Assembly (NCBI GenBank): GCA_963664395.2
Contig: OY761159.2
Location: 4,751,369-4,815,368 of the forward strand
Direction of reading: 5' to 3'
DNA length: 64,000 nt
Source: Candidatus Binatia bacterium
Lineage (GTDB): Bacteria; Desulfobacterota; Binatia; Bin18
Shown here: positions 1-10,859 of the stretch, in pieces
Position numbering within the stretch: position 1 is the first letter of the stretch
Layout of the letters: the number at the start of each line of letters is the position of its first letter
The notes under the pieces: model-generated
What the model was told of the DNA's origin: nothing
The model's database searches: none
Seen by the model: the letters and a program-made list of their open reading frames with translations, nothing else
Program-made: the position numbers and the translations under genes

Positions 1-1593
1 GAACTCCATACTATCCACGAGTGCCTGCCAGCTTGCCTCTATGACATTATGGGACACCCCAACGGTGCCCCAGCGATCGGTTTTGTCACCGGATTCAATC
101 AGGACCCGAACCGTGGCGCTGGTCCCCTCGCCCGCGCCCAGGACACGGACTTTATAGTCATGCAATTCGACAGATTCGAGCTGGGGGTAGAACTGCGTGA
201 GGGCTTTACGCAGAGCCCGGTCAAGCGCATTGACGGGTCCATTGCCCTGAGCCGCGGTATGCGCGATCTGGCCGTCTGGTCCTTCTACCATAATGGTGGC
301 CTCGGAGAGCGGCGGCTCATCTTCCTTGCGTTTTTCGTCTATCACCCGAAACCCGATGAGACGAAAATGGCGGACCGCGCCATTCAGGGCTTTGCGCATT
401 AAGAGTTCAAATGAAGCCTCGGCCCCTTCATACTGAAAACCCGAGTGCTCAAGCTGCTTTACTTCATCCAGAATAGTCCTGAGCGCGGGATCAGTGCTCT
501 CCACATCCAGGCCGAACTCTTTGGCTTTGTAGATGAGGTTGCTCCGCCCGGACAGGTCGGAGACAAGCACGCGCTGGATATTCCCAATGAGTTCCGGGTC
601 GATGTGTTCATAGGTCTCACTATTTTTCCGGACCGCGGCGACATGCAGCCCCCCCTTGTGCGCAAAGGCGCTCACGCCGACGTAGGCCTGACGTTTATTG
701 GGCTCAATATTGGCCAACTCATACACCAGGCGAGAGAGCTGGGGTAATTGCGTGAGTTGGTGCGGACTGACACAGCGGTAGCCCATCTTGAGCTGCAAAT
801 TGGGAATCACGGAACACAGGTTGGCATTGCCACACCGCTCGCCAAAGCCATTGATCGTGCCCTGGACCTGGACGGCCCCACCTTCAACCCCGGCGAGCGA
901 GTTTGCCACGGCTAATTCACAGTCGTTGTGACAGTGAATGCCAAGTTTCGCATCGACCGCTTGAGAGGCCGCCTGCATGCCCGCACGAATTTCGTGCGGC
1001 ATGCTCCCGCCGCGCGTATCGCATAATACAAGGACATCCGCTCCGGCTTGCGCCGCGGCGGTGAGGCATTCCAGCGCATAGCTTGGGTTGGCTTTGAAGC
1101 CGTCAAAGAAGTGTTCTGCATCAAAAATGATTTCATCCACCCGCTGTTTGAGATAGGCGATCGAATCGCCTATCACTTCCACGTTGGCCTTTTTTGAGAT
1201 GCGCAGATCATCCCGCACGTGAAGATCCCAGGTCTTGCCAACAATGGTCACCACCGGGGTAGCGGCCTGTACGAGCAAACGAATATTAAAGTCGTCCGCG
1301 GCTGTATTATTCGCCCGGCGGGTAGAACCAAAGGCGGCAATCCGGGCACGTTTCAGTCCCACCTTTTTAATCGCCTTAAAAAATTCTTCGTCGCGGGGAT
1401 TCGAGCCTGGCCAGCCGCCCTCAATGTATTGCAGACCGAAGGCATCCAGCTCTTCGGCGATGCGTAATTTATCATCCAGGGTGAGCGAAACATCTTCAGA
1501 CTGACACCCGTCCCGTAAAGTTGTGTCGTACAAAGCGATCTTGGTAGTCTTGGTGATCTTGGGCATCTTGGCGGTCTTGGGCATCTTTTTCAT
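1..1593 (-). CDS. cimA: Citramalate synthase (LeuA/CimA family), 3' end runs off the window
   Basis: Not in the ORF track. Manual minus-strand translation from ATG at 1593 gives ...LYDTTLRDGCQSEDVSLTLDDKLRIAEELDAFGLQYIEGGWPGSNPRD; the end reads VRVLIESGDKTDRWGTVGVSHNVIEASWQALVDSMEF. The lysC-cimA order is typical. Confidence 0.9.
   Translation of the reverse strand, partial: MKKMPKTAKMPKITKTTKIALYDTTLRDGCQSEDVSLTLDDKLRIAEELDAFGLQYIEGGWPGSNPRDEEFFKAIKKVGLKRARIAAFGSTRRANNTAADDFNIRLLVQAATPVVTIVGKTWDLHVRDDLRISKKANVEVIGDSIAYLKQRVDEIIFDAEHFFDGFKANPSYALECLTAAAQAGADVLVLCDTRGGSMPHEIRAGMQAASQAVDAKLGIHCHNDCELAVANSLAGVEGGAVQVQGTINGFGERCGNANLCSVIPNLQLKMGYRCVSPHQLTQLPQLSRLVYELANIEPNKRQAYVGVSAFAHKGGLHVAAVRKNSETYEHIDPELIGNIQRVLVSDLSGRSNLIYKAKEFGLDVESTDPALRTILDEVKQLEHSGFQYEGAEASFELLMRKALNGAVRHFRLIGFRVIDEKRKEDEPPLSEATIMVEGPDGQIAHTAAQGNGPVNALDRALRKALTQFYPQLESVELHDYKVRVLGAGEGTSATVRVLIESGDKTDRWGTVGVSHNVIEASWQALVDSMEF
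1540..1593. repeat. Six degenerate 9-bp tandem units (CTTGGnnnT) encoding the cimA N-terminus MKKMPKTAKMPKITKTTK
   Basis: cttggtagt-cttggtgat-cttgggcat-cttggcggt-cttgggcat-ctttttcat. Confidence 0.8.
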
Positions 1594-1640
1594 AACACTC
1601 TTATACGCTCCTCACCGTATTCTCTGCACGCAGCGTTTGA

Positions 1641-2852
1641 CTAGGCCGATGGGATAAACGCATCGTGCAGCACCCGAACGGCCAGCTCGGCATACTTGGC
1701 GGCAATCACAATAGAGATTTTAATCTCCGAGGTTGAAATCATCTGAATGTTGATCCCCTCTGCGGCTAACACTTCAAACATGTGGGAGGCCACACCAGCG
1801 TGGCTGCGCATGCCCAGCCCGACAATCGAGACCTTGGCGACTTCGGAGTCATAGACAACATCCCCTGCCCCGATCTCCAGCGCGGCACTTTTGACTCGTT
1901 CAAGGGCCTTAGGCACATCCCCGCGTGGTATCGTAAATGTGACATCGGTTTTTTCATCTTCGCTGGCATTCTGGATGATCATATCCACAACAATATTGTC
2001 TTGCGCAATGGGCGTGAACAGCTTGGCGGCTAATCCTGGCCGGTCAGGCACCCGCATAAGGGTAATTTTCGCCTGATCCAAATCAGACGTGACGCCCGAG
2101 ACAATCACATCTTCCATGCTTTGATCCTCCTGCACTAACCACGTCCCTTCGTCGTGCGAAAAGCTTGAGCGGACATGAACAGGCACCTGATAGCGCTTGG
2201 CAAGTTCTACTGAGCGGATTTGGAGCACTTTTGCACCCAAACTGGCGAGTTCAAGCATCTCCTCATAGGAGATGCGCTCCAGTTTATGGGCATGGGGACA
2301 AATGCGCGGGTCGGCACTATACACCCCGTCGACATCGGTATAGATCTCGCAGACATCAGCCTGTGTTGCCGCTGCAATAGCAACCGCAGTCGTGTCCGAG
2401 CCTCCTCGGCCCAAGGTCGTGATATTCTGCTGTGCATTAATGCCCTGGAAACCGGCAATAACAACAATATTGCCCTCCTTCAGCGCATTCAATAGGCGCG
2501 ACGTCTGGACGTGCCTGATCCGCGCCCGGCCATAGGCGTCATCGGTTTCGATTTGCACCTGATGGCCAAGGAGAGATACAGCCGGAGCGCCCATCTCTTT
2601 GAGCGCCATGGCAAGCAGGGCAATCGTTACCTGTTCACCGGTTGAAACAAGAACGTCGCTCTCACGTGCATCAGGCTGCTCGGCAATCTGCCGCGCGAGG
2701 TTCAGCAAGCGGTTTGTTTCACCACTCATGGCAGACAGCACGACCGTGACCTGATGGCCCGCCGCGCGCGTGGCAGCCACACGCGCGGCGACCTCTTGGA
2801 TCCGGTCAATCGATCCGACCGAAGTTCCGCCATATTTCTGGACAATCAACAT
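1641..2852 (-). CDS. lysC: Aspartate kinase
   Basis: [30 protein letters not shown] motifs and two C-terminal ACT domains. Confidence 0.97.
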   Translation of the reverse strand: MLIVQKYGGTSVGSIDRIQEVAARVAATRAAGHQVTVVLSAMSGETNRLLNLARQIAEQPDARESDVLVSTGEQVTIALLAMALKEMGAPAVSLLGHQVQIETDDAYGRARIRHVQTSRLLNALKEGNIVVIAGFQGINAQQNITTLGRGGSDTTAVAIAAATQADVCEIYTDVDGVYSADPRICPHAHKLERISYEEMLELASLGAKVLQIRSVELAKRYQVPVHVRSSFSHDEGTWLVQEDQSMEDVIVSGVTSDLDQAKITLMRVPDRPGLAAKLFTPIAQDNIVVDMIIQNASEDEKTDVTFTIPRGDVPKALERVKSAALEIGAGDVVYDSEVAKVSIVGLGMRSHAGVASHMFEVLAAEGINIQMISTSEIKISIVIAAKYAELAVRVLHDAFIPSA

Positions 2853-2870
2853 CAACGCTCGCTACTCTCT

Positions 2871-3344
2871 CTATAGATTAGATAGGTGGGCAACCAGCTG
2901 CTCATACCGTTCCCCGTACGGAGTAAGGATCACAGTGCGCGCGTCCCCCTCCCCACACTCGATCGAAAGCAGCAGGTATTCTTCTATCAAATCGCGCACA
3001 TCGTTCGACAGAAACGGAAACCATTCAATGACGGCAACACCTTGCCCGAAAAGATACTCCTCATACCCTAATTCTTCGACCTCCACCCCCTCAAGCCGGT
3101 AGAGATCAATATGGTAGAGTGGTATTCTCCCCCTATAATGCTCAGCCACAAGAGTAAAGGTGGGGCTGGTAACGGTTTCGGGTGCAATACCGAGTCCGGC
3201 CGCTATGCCTTTCGCCATACACGTTTTGCCCGCGCCCAAATCGCCACACAGCCCGAGGACCATTCCAGGGGTCAGGAACCGCCCGAGCTGGCGCCCAATA
3301 GATACCGTCTCTTCAGCCGAGGATGTCTGAATAATATGCGGCAT
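2871..3344 (-). CDS. tsaE: tRNA t6A37 biosynthesis ATPase TsaE
   Basis: Start at MPHIIQT (ATG 3344); [26 protein letters not shown] motifs. Confidence 0.93.
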   Translation of the reverse strand: MPHIIQTSSAEETVSIGRQLGRFLTPGMVLGLCGDLGAGKTCMAKGIAAGLGIAPETVTSPTFTLVAEHYRGRIPLYHIDLYRLEGVEVEELGYEEYLFGQGVAVIEWFPFLSNDVRDLIEEYLLLSIECGEGDARTVILTPYGERYEQLVAHLSNL

Positions 3345-4905
3345 ACGGATCGACTTGGCCGGTCTGGTATAGGACACGCAGGGTGTCCGGAAGAGTGTCA
3401 ATAACGTCGCGCGCCAGCATACCCGCCTCACCATGCTGTTGGGCAAAGATATCGGCGGCAGCACCGTGCAGAAACACGCCGAGACAACACGCCTCGTCAG
3501 GAGCATACCCTTGGGCCAGCAAGCCACCGATAATGCCGGACAAGACATCACCCATTCCACCACTGGCCATACCGGGATTCCCGGTCGGGTTGAGCCAGGT
3601 ACGGCCGTCAGGGGCAGCGATAATGCTACGGGCGCCCTTGAGGACGAGGTAACAACCGTACCGAGTTGCAAAACTGCGAGCGACATCCAGGCGATTGGCT
3701 TGAATGTCTGTGGTCGGCATGGCGGCGAGCCGAGACATTTCTCCTGGGTGGGGAGTGAGCACGACCGGCACCGTGGCCGTTTTCAGCATGGCCACCTGAG
3801 AGGCAACACAGTTCAGCCCATCGGCATCTATCAGAAGGGGCACCTGACTCTTTTTGAGTAGCCAGCGTGCCATACGTTTCGTTTCAACAGATACGCCGAT
3901 GCCAGGTCCAAAAGCGACGGCGCTTTTCCCATTCAGAGCTTGGCTTAATACACGCTCATCCAGTTTCAGGCTCCCATCCGCACGCTCGGGCTGAGGGGCA
4001 GTCATGGCTTCAAGCAAAACGGAAGAAAATACTGGAACGAGTCCTTGTGGACCGGCTAACGTGACCAGTCCGGTTCCGGTCCGTAAGGCGGCAGAGGCGC
4101 TTAATAAGGCCGCGCCGCTTTTGCCGCGCGCGCCGGCAAGGACAAGCAAGTGGCCAAAATCTCCCTTATGCGATTCGGGGTGACGCACGCGTATCTGCCT
4201 CCCCACTTCGTGTCGTGTCAACAAGTGCGTTTGGGGCGCAACCTCGGTCAGCGCTTGCGGGGCAATCCCGATATCGACACAGGCGAGTTGTCCGACATGC
4301 GCCGTCCCAGGATAGAGCACCTGACCGAGCTTGGGATAGCCAAATGTCACCGTCACCGCCGCCTCAACAACACGCCCTCCGGGCTGTCCGGAATCGGCAT
4401 TCAAACCGGACGGAATATCTACTGACACGATGGGAACGCCGCGGGCATTCATGCCGGCGATAAGCGCGGCATGAATGCCCGTCACTGCGGTATTCAGTCC
4501 AGTCCCAAGAAGGGCGTCAACGATCACCTCACACCGTTCCAGTCGTTTCTCGGCAGCGGGCAACTGCTCAATTGATATGACTTCTTCCACTTGCCCTCTC
4601 AGCCGTAAGAACGCCTGCAAATTCCGCTTGGCATCGCCGCGCACATCTTTCTTTTTGGCAGCAAGAATCACCGCACACGCTATTCCCTGCTTTTTCAGCA
4701 ACCGCGCAATAACAAAACCGTCGCCACCATTATTGCCTTTGCCAGCGACCACGACAGCCCGGTTGGGCCTCTGCTGAAAAAAATCGAGCAGGACCTGCGT
4801 CGCCCCGATGCCGGCACGTTCCATCAGGACATGGCCGGGGGTACCATATTTCTCGATTGTGAGCCGATCAAGCTCACGCATCTGAGCGGCGGTGACGAGA
4901 TACAT
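3313..4905 (-). CDS. nnr: Bifunctional NAD(P)H-hydrate epimerase/dehydratase (YjeF)
   Basis: GKGNNGGDG, VDALLGTG, DIPSG, HKGDFG, DADGL, TPHPGEM, GMASGGMGDVL. Confidence 0.95.
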   Translation of the reverse strand: MYLVTAAQMRELDRLTIEKYGTPGHVLMERAGIGATQVLLDFFQQRPNRAVVVAGKGNNGGDGFVIARLLKKQGIACAVILAAKKKDVRGDAKRNLQAFLRLRGQVEEVISIEQLPAAEKRLERCEVIVDALLGTGLNTAVTGIHAALIAGMNARGVPIVSVDIPSGLNADSGQPGGRVVEAAVTVTFGYPKLGQVLYPGTAHVGQLACVDIGIAPQALTEVAPQTHLLTRHEVGRQIRVRHPESHKGDFGHLLVLAGARGKSGAALLSASAALRTGTGLVTLAGPQGLVPVFSSVLLEAMTAPQPERADGSLKLDERVLSQALNGKSAVAFGPGIGVSVETKRMARWLLKKSQVPLLIDADGLNCVASQVAMLKTATVPVVLTPHPGEMSRLAAMPTTDIQANRLDVARSFATRYGCYLVLKGARSIIAAPDGRTWLNPTGNPGMASGGMGDVLSGIIGGLLAQGYAPDEACCLGVFLHGAAADIFAQQHGEAGMLARDVIDTLPDTLRVLYQTGQVDPYAAYYSDILG

Positions 4906-4917
4906 GGGACTCTGCGC

Positions 4918-6303
4918 TTAGGCAGCCTCACCTGTTCCAAGGTGGGTCCGCACGGCGTCGGCGACTTCCTCGCCATAGGCGCGTACAACGCTTTCGTCTT
5001 CACCTTCCACCATGACCCGTAGCAACGGCTCAGTACCGGAATAGCGGACTAAGAGACGGCCGTTCTCACCCAGTTTGTCAGTGACCTGCCGCATCACTTG
5101 TGACACCGGTTCGATTGTGTGTAAATCCTGTCGTTCTCGGACGCGAACGTTAATGAGTACTTGGGGATAGCGCCGCACGAGTTGTCGGAGCTCTGAGAGT
5201 GGCTGCTGCTTCTGGACGAGAATCGCGAGCAGAGAAAGAAAGGTGACAATGCCATCGCCCGTTGTATTCATATCCAAGAAGATAATATGTCCGGATTGTT
5301 CGCCACCGAGGCGATATCCCCCGCGGAGCATCTCTTCGACAACATACCGGTCACCAACTGGGGTTCGGACCAGTTTGCCACCCATCTGACGCAGCGCAAC
5401 CTCAAGGCCCAGATTGCTCATCACGGTAGCCACTACCGTCTTGTGGGGCAGCGTGCTCTTCTGTATGCGCTCTTGGGCGGCAATAGCCAGAATGGCATCT
5501 CCATCAACGATTTCTCCGGTCTCGTCAACAAGAATGGCGCGGTCCGCGTCTCCGTCCAGGCTGATGCCGATATGGGCGCCGTGCTTACGGACAAGCTGCT
5601 GGACATGCTGTGGATACATCGCGCCGCAGTCGAGGTTGATATTTTTACCATTCGGCTCTGTCCCTCTCGTAATCACCTCAGCCCCAAGCTCGGCTAACAC
5701 ATCTGGAGCGACTTTATAGGCAGCCCCATTGGCACAGTCGATCACGACCTTTATGCCGTCCAGCGTGAGATGGCGCGGAAAGGCATTTTTCACAAACACG
5801 TTATAGCGGCCAAGGGCATCATCAATGCGGACCGCTTTTCCGACGGACTCGGCTGTGGGACGCCCGTCGTCAGTTTTGTGACTCAGAACCAACTCGGCGA
5901 TCTGATCCTCCACTGCATCAGGCAGCTTGAGCCCATCGCGTGAGAATATTTTGATGCCATTATCCTGGAACGGATTATGCGAGGCAGAAATGACTACACC
6001 AGCATCCGCTCTCAGGCTGCGGGTGAGAAAGGCTATTCCTGGTGTTGGCACCGGGCCAACGAGCAGGACATCTCCGCCCATAGAGCACACGCCGGACGCG
6101 AGTGCCGTCTCCAGCATATAGCCTGATAAGCGGGTATCTTTGCCTATGAGGATTTTGTGCTGACCGGGACGGTCCCGGAAGACGGAGGTTAATGCTCGAC
6201 CAACGCGGAGGGCGGTGTCCGACGTAATCGGCTCAATATTGGCCACACCGCGAATCCCGTCCGTACCGAATAGCCTCGTTTTCCGTGCTCCATTGAGCGG
6301 CAT
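4918..6303 (-). CDS. glmM: Phosphoglucosamine mutase
   Basis: [36 protein letters not shown]. Confidence 0.97.
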   Translation of the reverse strand: MPLNGARKTRLFGTDGIRGVANIEPITSDTALRVGRALTSVFRDRPGQHKILIGKDTRLSGYMLETALASGVCSMGGDVLLVGPVPTPGIAFLTRSLRADAGVVISASHNPFQDNGIKIFSRDGLKLPDAVEDQIAELVLSHKTDDGRPTAESVGKAVRIDDALGRYNVFVKNAFPRHLTLDGIKVVIDCANGAAYKVAPDVLAELGAEVITRGTEPNGKNINLDCGAMYPQHVQQLVRKHGAHIGISLDGDADRAILVDETGEIVDGDAILAIAAQERIQKSTLPHKTVVATVMSNLGLEVALRQMGGKLVRTPVGDRYVVEEMLRGGYRLGGEQSGHIIFLDMNTTGDGIVTFLSLLAILVQKQQPLSELRQLVRRYPQVLINVRVRERQDLHTIEPVSQVMRQVTDKLGENGRLLVRYSGTEPLLRVMVEGEDESVVRAYGEEVADAVRTHLGTGEAA

Positions 6304-6478
6304 TCTGATGCTCCTCTCCTACAAAAAACTGGTGACGCCGCTGTCAAAAAGAAAAAAGGAGGAGGGTCTGCATTGCGGTGTACCCTTTTTGCCGCCTACC
6401 CTTTATTAGTACCGTCAATCAAGCGCCGAATGCGTTGGAATGCGCGGAGGGGAAAGTCTGGACGACTGACTACGCTGA

Positions 6479-8317
6479 CTACGCGCCTGTGGGCTCTGGG
6501 TCAATTTCAACGTTGAATTGTTTCAGTATCCCGTCGATCTCGGGTCCGTCCAAGGCTTCTTTTTCCAGCAGGACTTCAGCTATCTTGTGCAAAATTTCAA
6601 CATGCGTCTGGAGCAGCTCCTTTGCCTGTTCAAAGGCGCCCTTAATAATGTTGCGGACCTCAGTATCGATCTCAATGGCCGTATTTTCAGAATAGTCTCT
6701 GGGCTGGGTGATATCCCGTCCCAAGAATATCTGTTCTTCCTTTTTCCCAAAAGTCATGGGACCAAGACGTTCGCTCATGCCCCACTCGCATACCATGCGT
6801 CGAGCCAAGTCAGTCGCCTTTTCAAGATCGTCCCCAGCCCCGGTTGTGGTATGACCAAGGACCAGCTCTTCAGCCACGCGACCGCCAAACATGATGGCCA
6901 GGCGTTTCAAAATATAATCTTTTGAAAAGGTGTGGCGATCATCAACGGGAAGCTGTTGAGTCACGCCCAAAGCCATACCGCGCGGAATGATCGTGACCTT
7001 ATGAACCGGGTCTGTCCCCGGAGTTAATCGGGCAACCAAGGCATGGCCGGCCTCGTGGTAGGCCGTATTGCGTCGCTCATCAAGGCTGAGAATCATACTT
7101 CGGCGTTCGGCGCCCATGAGGACCTTATCCTTGGACAGCTCGAAGTCATCCATTTCGACTTTATCTTTATCTTTGCGAGCCGCCAGCAGCGCGGCCTCAT
7201 TCACCAGGTTTTCAAGGTCAGCGCCTGAAAATCCCGGTGTTCCCCGAGCGAGTTGGGAGACGTCAACCTTGTCATCCATGGGTACACGCCGCGTATGGAC
7301 GTTGAGGATTTCCTCTCGACCTCGGACGTCCGGTGAAGGAACAATAACACGCCGGTCAAATCGTCCAGGGCGCAGCAATGCCGGGTCAAGGACGTCCGGA
7401 CGGTTGGTCGCCGCGATCAGAATCACGCCCTCGTTCGCTTCAAAACCATCCATCTCCACAAGGAGTTGGTTTAAGGTCTGCTCGCGTTCATCGTGCCCGC
7501 CACCGAGGCCGGCACCTCGATGGCGCCCGACCGCATCAATCTCATCAATAAAGATGATACACGGCGCTTGCTTTTTCCCTTGAATGAAGAGATCGCGGAC
7601 GCGCGAGGCCCCGACCCCAACAAACATCTCAACAAAGTCAGAGCCACTGATCGAGAAGAACGGGACACTCGCTTCTCCGGCAATCGCCCGGGCGAGTAAG
7701 GTTTTCCCGGTTCCGGGTGAACCAACCAACAACACCCCTTTGGGGATGCGCCCCCCCAAACGCGTGAACTTTTTGGGGTCTTTGAGAAAGGCGATAATTT
7801 CTTCAAGCTCTTGTTTAGGCTCTTCCACGCCCGCAACATCACTGAAAGTGACTCGATGTTGATTTTCCGTCAGGAGTTTGGCCCGGCTCTTCCCAAAAGA
7901 CATCGCCTTGCCACCGCCCATTTGCATCTGGCGCATAAAGAAGATCCAGACTCCGATGAGGAGCAACATCGGAAACCACTGAATCAGGATGGTGATATAC
8001 CAGGGATCGCCTTCTTCCGGGCGCGCCGCCACCCGTACCCCCTTGTCGCGCAGCGTTCGCATGAGATCGGGGTCGTCGCTGGGAGCGTAGGTCTTAAAGA
8101 GGTCATCATTGCGAAATCTCCCGCGAATGACCTGGCCCTGAATGACGATCTCAGAGACTTCACCTTTTTCTACTGCCGTAAAAAAGTCGCTAAAGACAAC
8201 GTCGGGTTCTCTGGGTTTCTGGCGATTGAACAGATTGAACATGAACAGAAATATCACCCCGAGAACCAACCATAGTGCGAGATTAGAAGAAACCTTATTC
8301 ACTCCGTCACCTTTCAC
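6479..8317 (-). CDS. ftsH: ATP-dependent zinc metalloprotease FtsH
   Basis: Two TM helices, GSPGTGKT Walker A, IDEID, second region of homology, HEAGH zinc motif; start may be GTG at 8302. Confidence 0.98.
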   Translation of the reverse strand: MKGDGVNKVSSNLALWLVLGVIFLFMFNLFNRQKPREPDVVFSDFFTAVEKGEVSEIVIQGQVIRGRFRNDDLFKTYAPSDDPDLMRTLRDKGVRVAARPEEGDPWYITILIQWFPMLLLIGVWIFFMRQMQMGGGKAMSFGKSRAKLLTENQHRVTFSDVAGVEEPKQELEEIIAFLKDPKKFTRLGGRIPKGVLLVGSPGTGKTLLARAIAGEASVPFFSISGSDFVEMFVGVGASRVRDLFIQGKKQAPCIIFIDEIDAVGRHRGAGLGGGHDEREQTLNQLLVEMDGFEANEGVILIAATNRPDVLDPALLRPGRFDRRVIVPSPDVRGREEILNVHTRRVPMDDKVDVSQLARGTPGFSGADLENLVNEAALLAARKDKDKVEMDDFELSKDKVLMGAERRSMILSLDERRNTAYHEAGHALVARLTPGTDPVHKVTIIPRGMALGVTQQLPVDDRHTFSKDYILKRLAIMFGGRVAEELVLGHTTTGAGDDLEKATDLARRMVCEWGMSERLGPMTFGKKEEQIFLGRDITQPRDYSENTAIEIDTEVRNIIKGAFEQAKELLQTHVEILHKIAEVLLEKEALDGPEIDGILKQFNVEIDPEPTGA

Positions 8318-8344
8318 CTGTGCGGATCTACCGTACCATAGTTC

Positions 8345-9730
8345 CTAATCGACCGGCAACGGGTTGACATGCAGCCGGTAGACTCGCCGGGTAGCCACCG
8401 TCACGGTTGCAATATTGCCTCTGACACAACCTGGGATCCACGCAATCTCACCATTAATTTCGACCACAGGAAATCCTGGACGGAGCGATTGTGGAATTTT
8501 TGTATCAACAAAGACATCCTGGACTTTCTTATGTCCTCGCATACCTAAGGGGTGAATACGATCCCCTGCACGGGAATTTCGTACAATACACTTGTACTCC
8601 GTGCTGGAGATATCGCAATCGAAGCAGGCGGACCAGAGATCCGAACACCGAGCCGCACTCAGATCGCCTTTCCATTCGAGGGCGGAAGAAACGGTCAGGT
8701 TCCACCGGGAAGCTAATCGCCAGCTCTGCCCAGCCTGCAAGGCATACTGGTAGCCTCGCTCCGTTCCCCCTCCTGGTCGTTGGGTCTGGAGAATCAGACG
8801 CGGCCCCTCACGAACGACGGACTTCCGGCCTGGAAGCTGAACCGTACCCTGGATTTTTCCTTCACTTAATTCTCTCAAACGGAGCAGGTGGGCAGTCTTC
8901 ACATCCTGCACGTGTCCCTCAACCCACTGGCGGAGAATGCGCAGCCGTACTGCTGAGGGCTCTTTGTTCAATGTGAGGAGAGACAAGGTGTCGTCCTGTT
9001 CTGTGAGACGCGGGCGGGCGCGTGTGGCCAGTCCTTCGAGCCAGTCCTCCTCTTCTCGTGTTGTCTCAGCCAAAGAAGCCAGATGACGACGGATTTGCGG
9101 AGAAAATTCCTGTTCCAAAAAAGGCAGGAGGATGTGTCGAATCTTATTCCGCGTAAAGCGCACCTCAGCGTTACTTGGATCTGTGACATAGGACAGCTTC
9201 TTTTCCTTTGTATAGACCTCGATTTCACGTCGTGAGCAATTGAGCAAAGGCCGGATCAGCCATTCTTCTCTTAGAGGTGGAATGCCGGCCAATCCCCGCC
9301 GAGCGCTCCCACGTATGATATGAAAGAGTACTGTCTCGGCTTGATCATCTAAGGTATGTGCTGTGGCAACGTAGTCGAGAGGCATGTCCTCTCGACTACG
9401 TTGAAAAAAAGCATAGCGGGCCTCCCGCGCCCAGGCCTCAAGACCGGTCTGCGGACGCGGAGGCTGGAGCTTTTCGACCCTAAGCGGCACCTGCCATTCC
9501 TGACACAAGGCTTGCACCAAGGCTTGCTCCCCCTCAGATTCGGGACGGAGACCATGATTGACGTGAAGCGCGGTCAGGCGATACCCCCGCAACGGAGCAA
9601 TCGCTATCAGGGCGGAGAGCAGCGCTACTGAATCAGGGCCACCGGAACATGCCACTCCAATACGCCGCCCGGACGTGTCCGGTAACATTTTTTGGAGAGA
9701 AGCCCAAAGCTTGTGCTCAAGGTGCAGCAT
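8345..9730 (-). CDS. tilS: tRNA(Ile)-lysidine synthetase
   Basis: SGGPDS PP-loop, HVNHGLR, AREARY, AHTLDDQAET, IRPLL, RNKIRH; upstream of ftsH. Confidence 0.95.
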   Translation of the reverse strand: MLHLEHKLWASLQKMLPDTSGRRIGVACSGGPDSVALLSALIAIAPLRGYRLTALHVNHGLRPESEGEQALVQALCQEWQVPLRVEKLQPPRPQTGLEAWAREARYAFFQRSREDMPLDYVATAHTLDDQAETVLFHIIRGSARRGLAGIPPLREEWLIRPLLNCSRREIEVYTKEKKLSYVTDPSNAEVRFTRNKIRHILLPFLEQEFSPQIRRHLASLAETTREEEDWLEGLATRARPRLTEQDDTLSLLTLNKEPSAVRLRILRQWVEGHVQDVKTAHLLRLRELSEGKIQGTVQLPGRKSVVREGPRLILQTQRPGGGTERGYQYALQAGQSWRLASRWNLTVSSALEWKGDLSAARCSDLWSACFDCDISSTEYKCIVRNSRAGDRIHPLGMRGHKKVQDVFVDTKIPQSLRPGFPVVEINGEIAWIPGCVRGNIATVTVATRRVYRLHVNPLPVD

Positions 9731-9737
9731 GCGTCTG

Positions 9738-9771
9738 AAATAAAAAAGGCGCTCCTATGGAACGCCCTTTT
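9738..9771 (-). terminator. Rho-independent terminator after the tRNA-Met/microprotein unit
   Basis: Minus strand GGCGTTCC-ATA-GGAGCGCC followed by TTTTTTATTT. Confidence 0.7.
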
Positions 9772-9813
9772 GTGTCGGTCTCTCAATCACAGTCTATTCA
9801 GTTGGCCTGTTCT

Positions 9814-9921
9814 CTACCCATCGCCCTTTGAATTCCGCAGCACTACGGCGACGCTAGAAACGAGCGCAAAGAGCACGCCAATCCCCGCTATTATCTGCAT
9901 AAATATCGCGAGTGGGTCCAT
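9814..9921 (-). CDS. 35-aa single-pass membrane microprotein MDPLAIFMQIIAGIGVLFALVSSVAVVLRNSKGDG
   Basis: Manual translation; strong RBS TAAGGAG 6 nt before ATG; ~24-residue hydrophobic stretch followed by R/K; terminator downstream. Confidence 0.65.
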   Translation of the reverse strand: MDPLAIFMQIIAGIGVLFALVSSVAVVLRNSKGDG

Positions 9922-9978
9922 GTCAAACTCCTTATTGACGGCATTTTCTCCAGCCGCCGCTTTGGGATCGATACAGCG

Positions 9979-10052
9979 TAGCGGCGGGCGGACTTGAACC
10001 GCCGACCTAGGGATTATGAGACCCTCGCTCTAGCCACCTGAGCTACGCCGCC
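9979..10052 (-). tRNA. tRNA-Met (CAT), probably elongator; CCA not encoded
   Basis: GGCGGCGTAGCTCAGGTGGCTAGAGCGAGGGTCTCATAATCCCTAGGTCGGCGGTTCAAGTCCGCCCGCCGCTA folds as a cloverleaf with anticodon CAT. Confidence 0.93.
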
Positions 10053-10125
10053 ACGAAGTGTTAAACCCGGCAGTTCAGGGAAAGTCAAGAGCAGGCCCAA
10101 ACATGTGAGGAGGCCGAGCACGCTT

Positions 10126-10848
10126 TCACTTCTTCTTCCAATACTCACTCACATCGGTCATCACTACCCGTTGGCTGCCACGTTCAATCTGGAAGAGCTT
10201 TTTCTCCGTGATTTCCAGACAGGTCAATTTTCCGCCATAGACGAGGCCGGTATCAATCCCGATTTTATACGGGAGGTCAAAACCAACTTCTCGTTGGGGG
10301 GTATGCCCGAAGACCACCGTATACGGCAGATCGTGCGGGTGAGCAAAAAAAGCCTCACGAATCCACAGCATATCTTCCGCTCCCTGGTCCTCCAGGCTGT
10401 AGCCTGGATTGATCCCGGCATGCACACATAAAATAGCCTCGGCCGGCAGATAAAGCTGAAGATTCAGAAAAAAATCTCGATGGGCGTCGGGCATGAGCGC
10501 CGCAACCTCGCGGCCCGGAGTCCATGGATCACACTGATAGCTGGCAAGGGTATGTTGTCCGCCGTTCATCAGGAAGGACTGGCCGTATAAGCCGTCATAG
10601 CCCAAAAAGTCGAGAAACATATCTTCGTGATTGCCTTTGAGAAACGTGCAGTGACACACCTCAGCCGTCTTCATCCCCAAGAGCAGATCAACAACGGCCT
10701 TGGCATTCGGCCCACGGTCAATATAGTCACCCAAGCACACTAGGTGGTCTTCGGGCTGTAACGACAGCGCGGTGAGGAGGGTCTCAAGTTCCGCTGGACA
10801 GGCATGGATATCACCCACAATACAAAATCGACCGGGTGGCTCGACCAC
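10126..10848 (-). CDS. Calcineurin-like metallophosphoesterase (PPP/PphA-like Ser/Thr phosphatase family)
   Basis: GDIHA, GDYIDRG, GNHE, HAG, GHTP, DTG motifs. Confidence 0.9.
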   Translation of the reverse strand: MVEPPGRFCIVGDIHACPAELETLLTALSLQPEDHLVCLGDYIDRGPNAKAVVDLLLGMKTAEVCHCTFLKGNHEDMFLDFLGYDGLYGQSFLMNGGQHTLASYQCDPWTPGREVAALMPDAHRDFFLNLQLYLPAEAILCVHAGINPGYSLEDQGAEDMLWIREAFFAHPHDLPYTVVFGHTPQREVGFDLPYKIGIDTGLVYGGKLTCLEITEKKLFQIERGSQRVVMTDVSEYWKKK

Positions 10849-10859
10849 AGCACCTCCTT

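Noticed and set aside
49-1504. Plus-strand ORFs at the window start
   Set aside because: Antisense to cimA, which the ORF track missed because its stop lies outside the window.
3345-3686. N-terminal extension of TsaE shown in the ORF track
   Set aside because: Lies within nnr; TsaE motifs and normal length begin at ATG 3344.
9979-10052. CAT-anticodon tRNA next to tilS as tRNA-Ile2, the TilS substrate
   Set aside because: The acceptor stem GGCGGCG lacks the C4-G69/C5-G68 pairs typical of Ile2 and fits elongator Met better.
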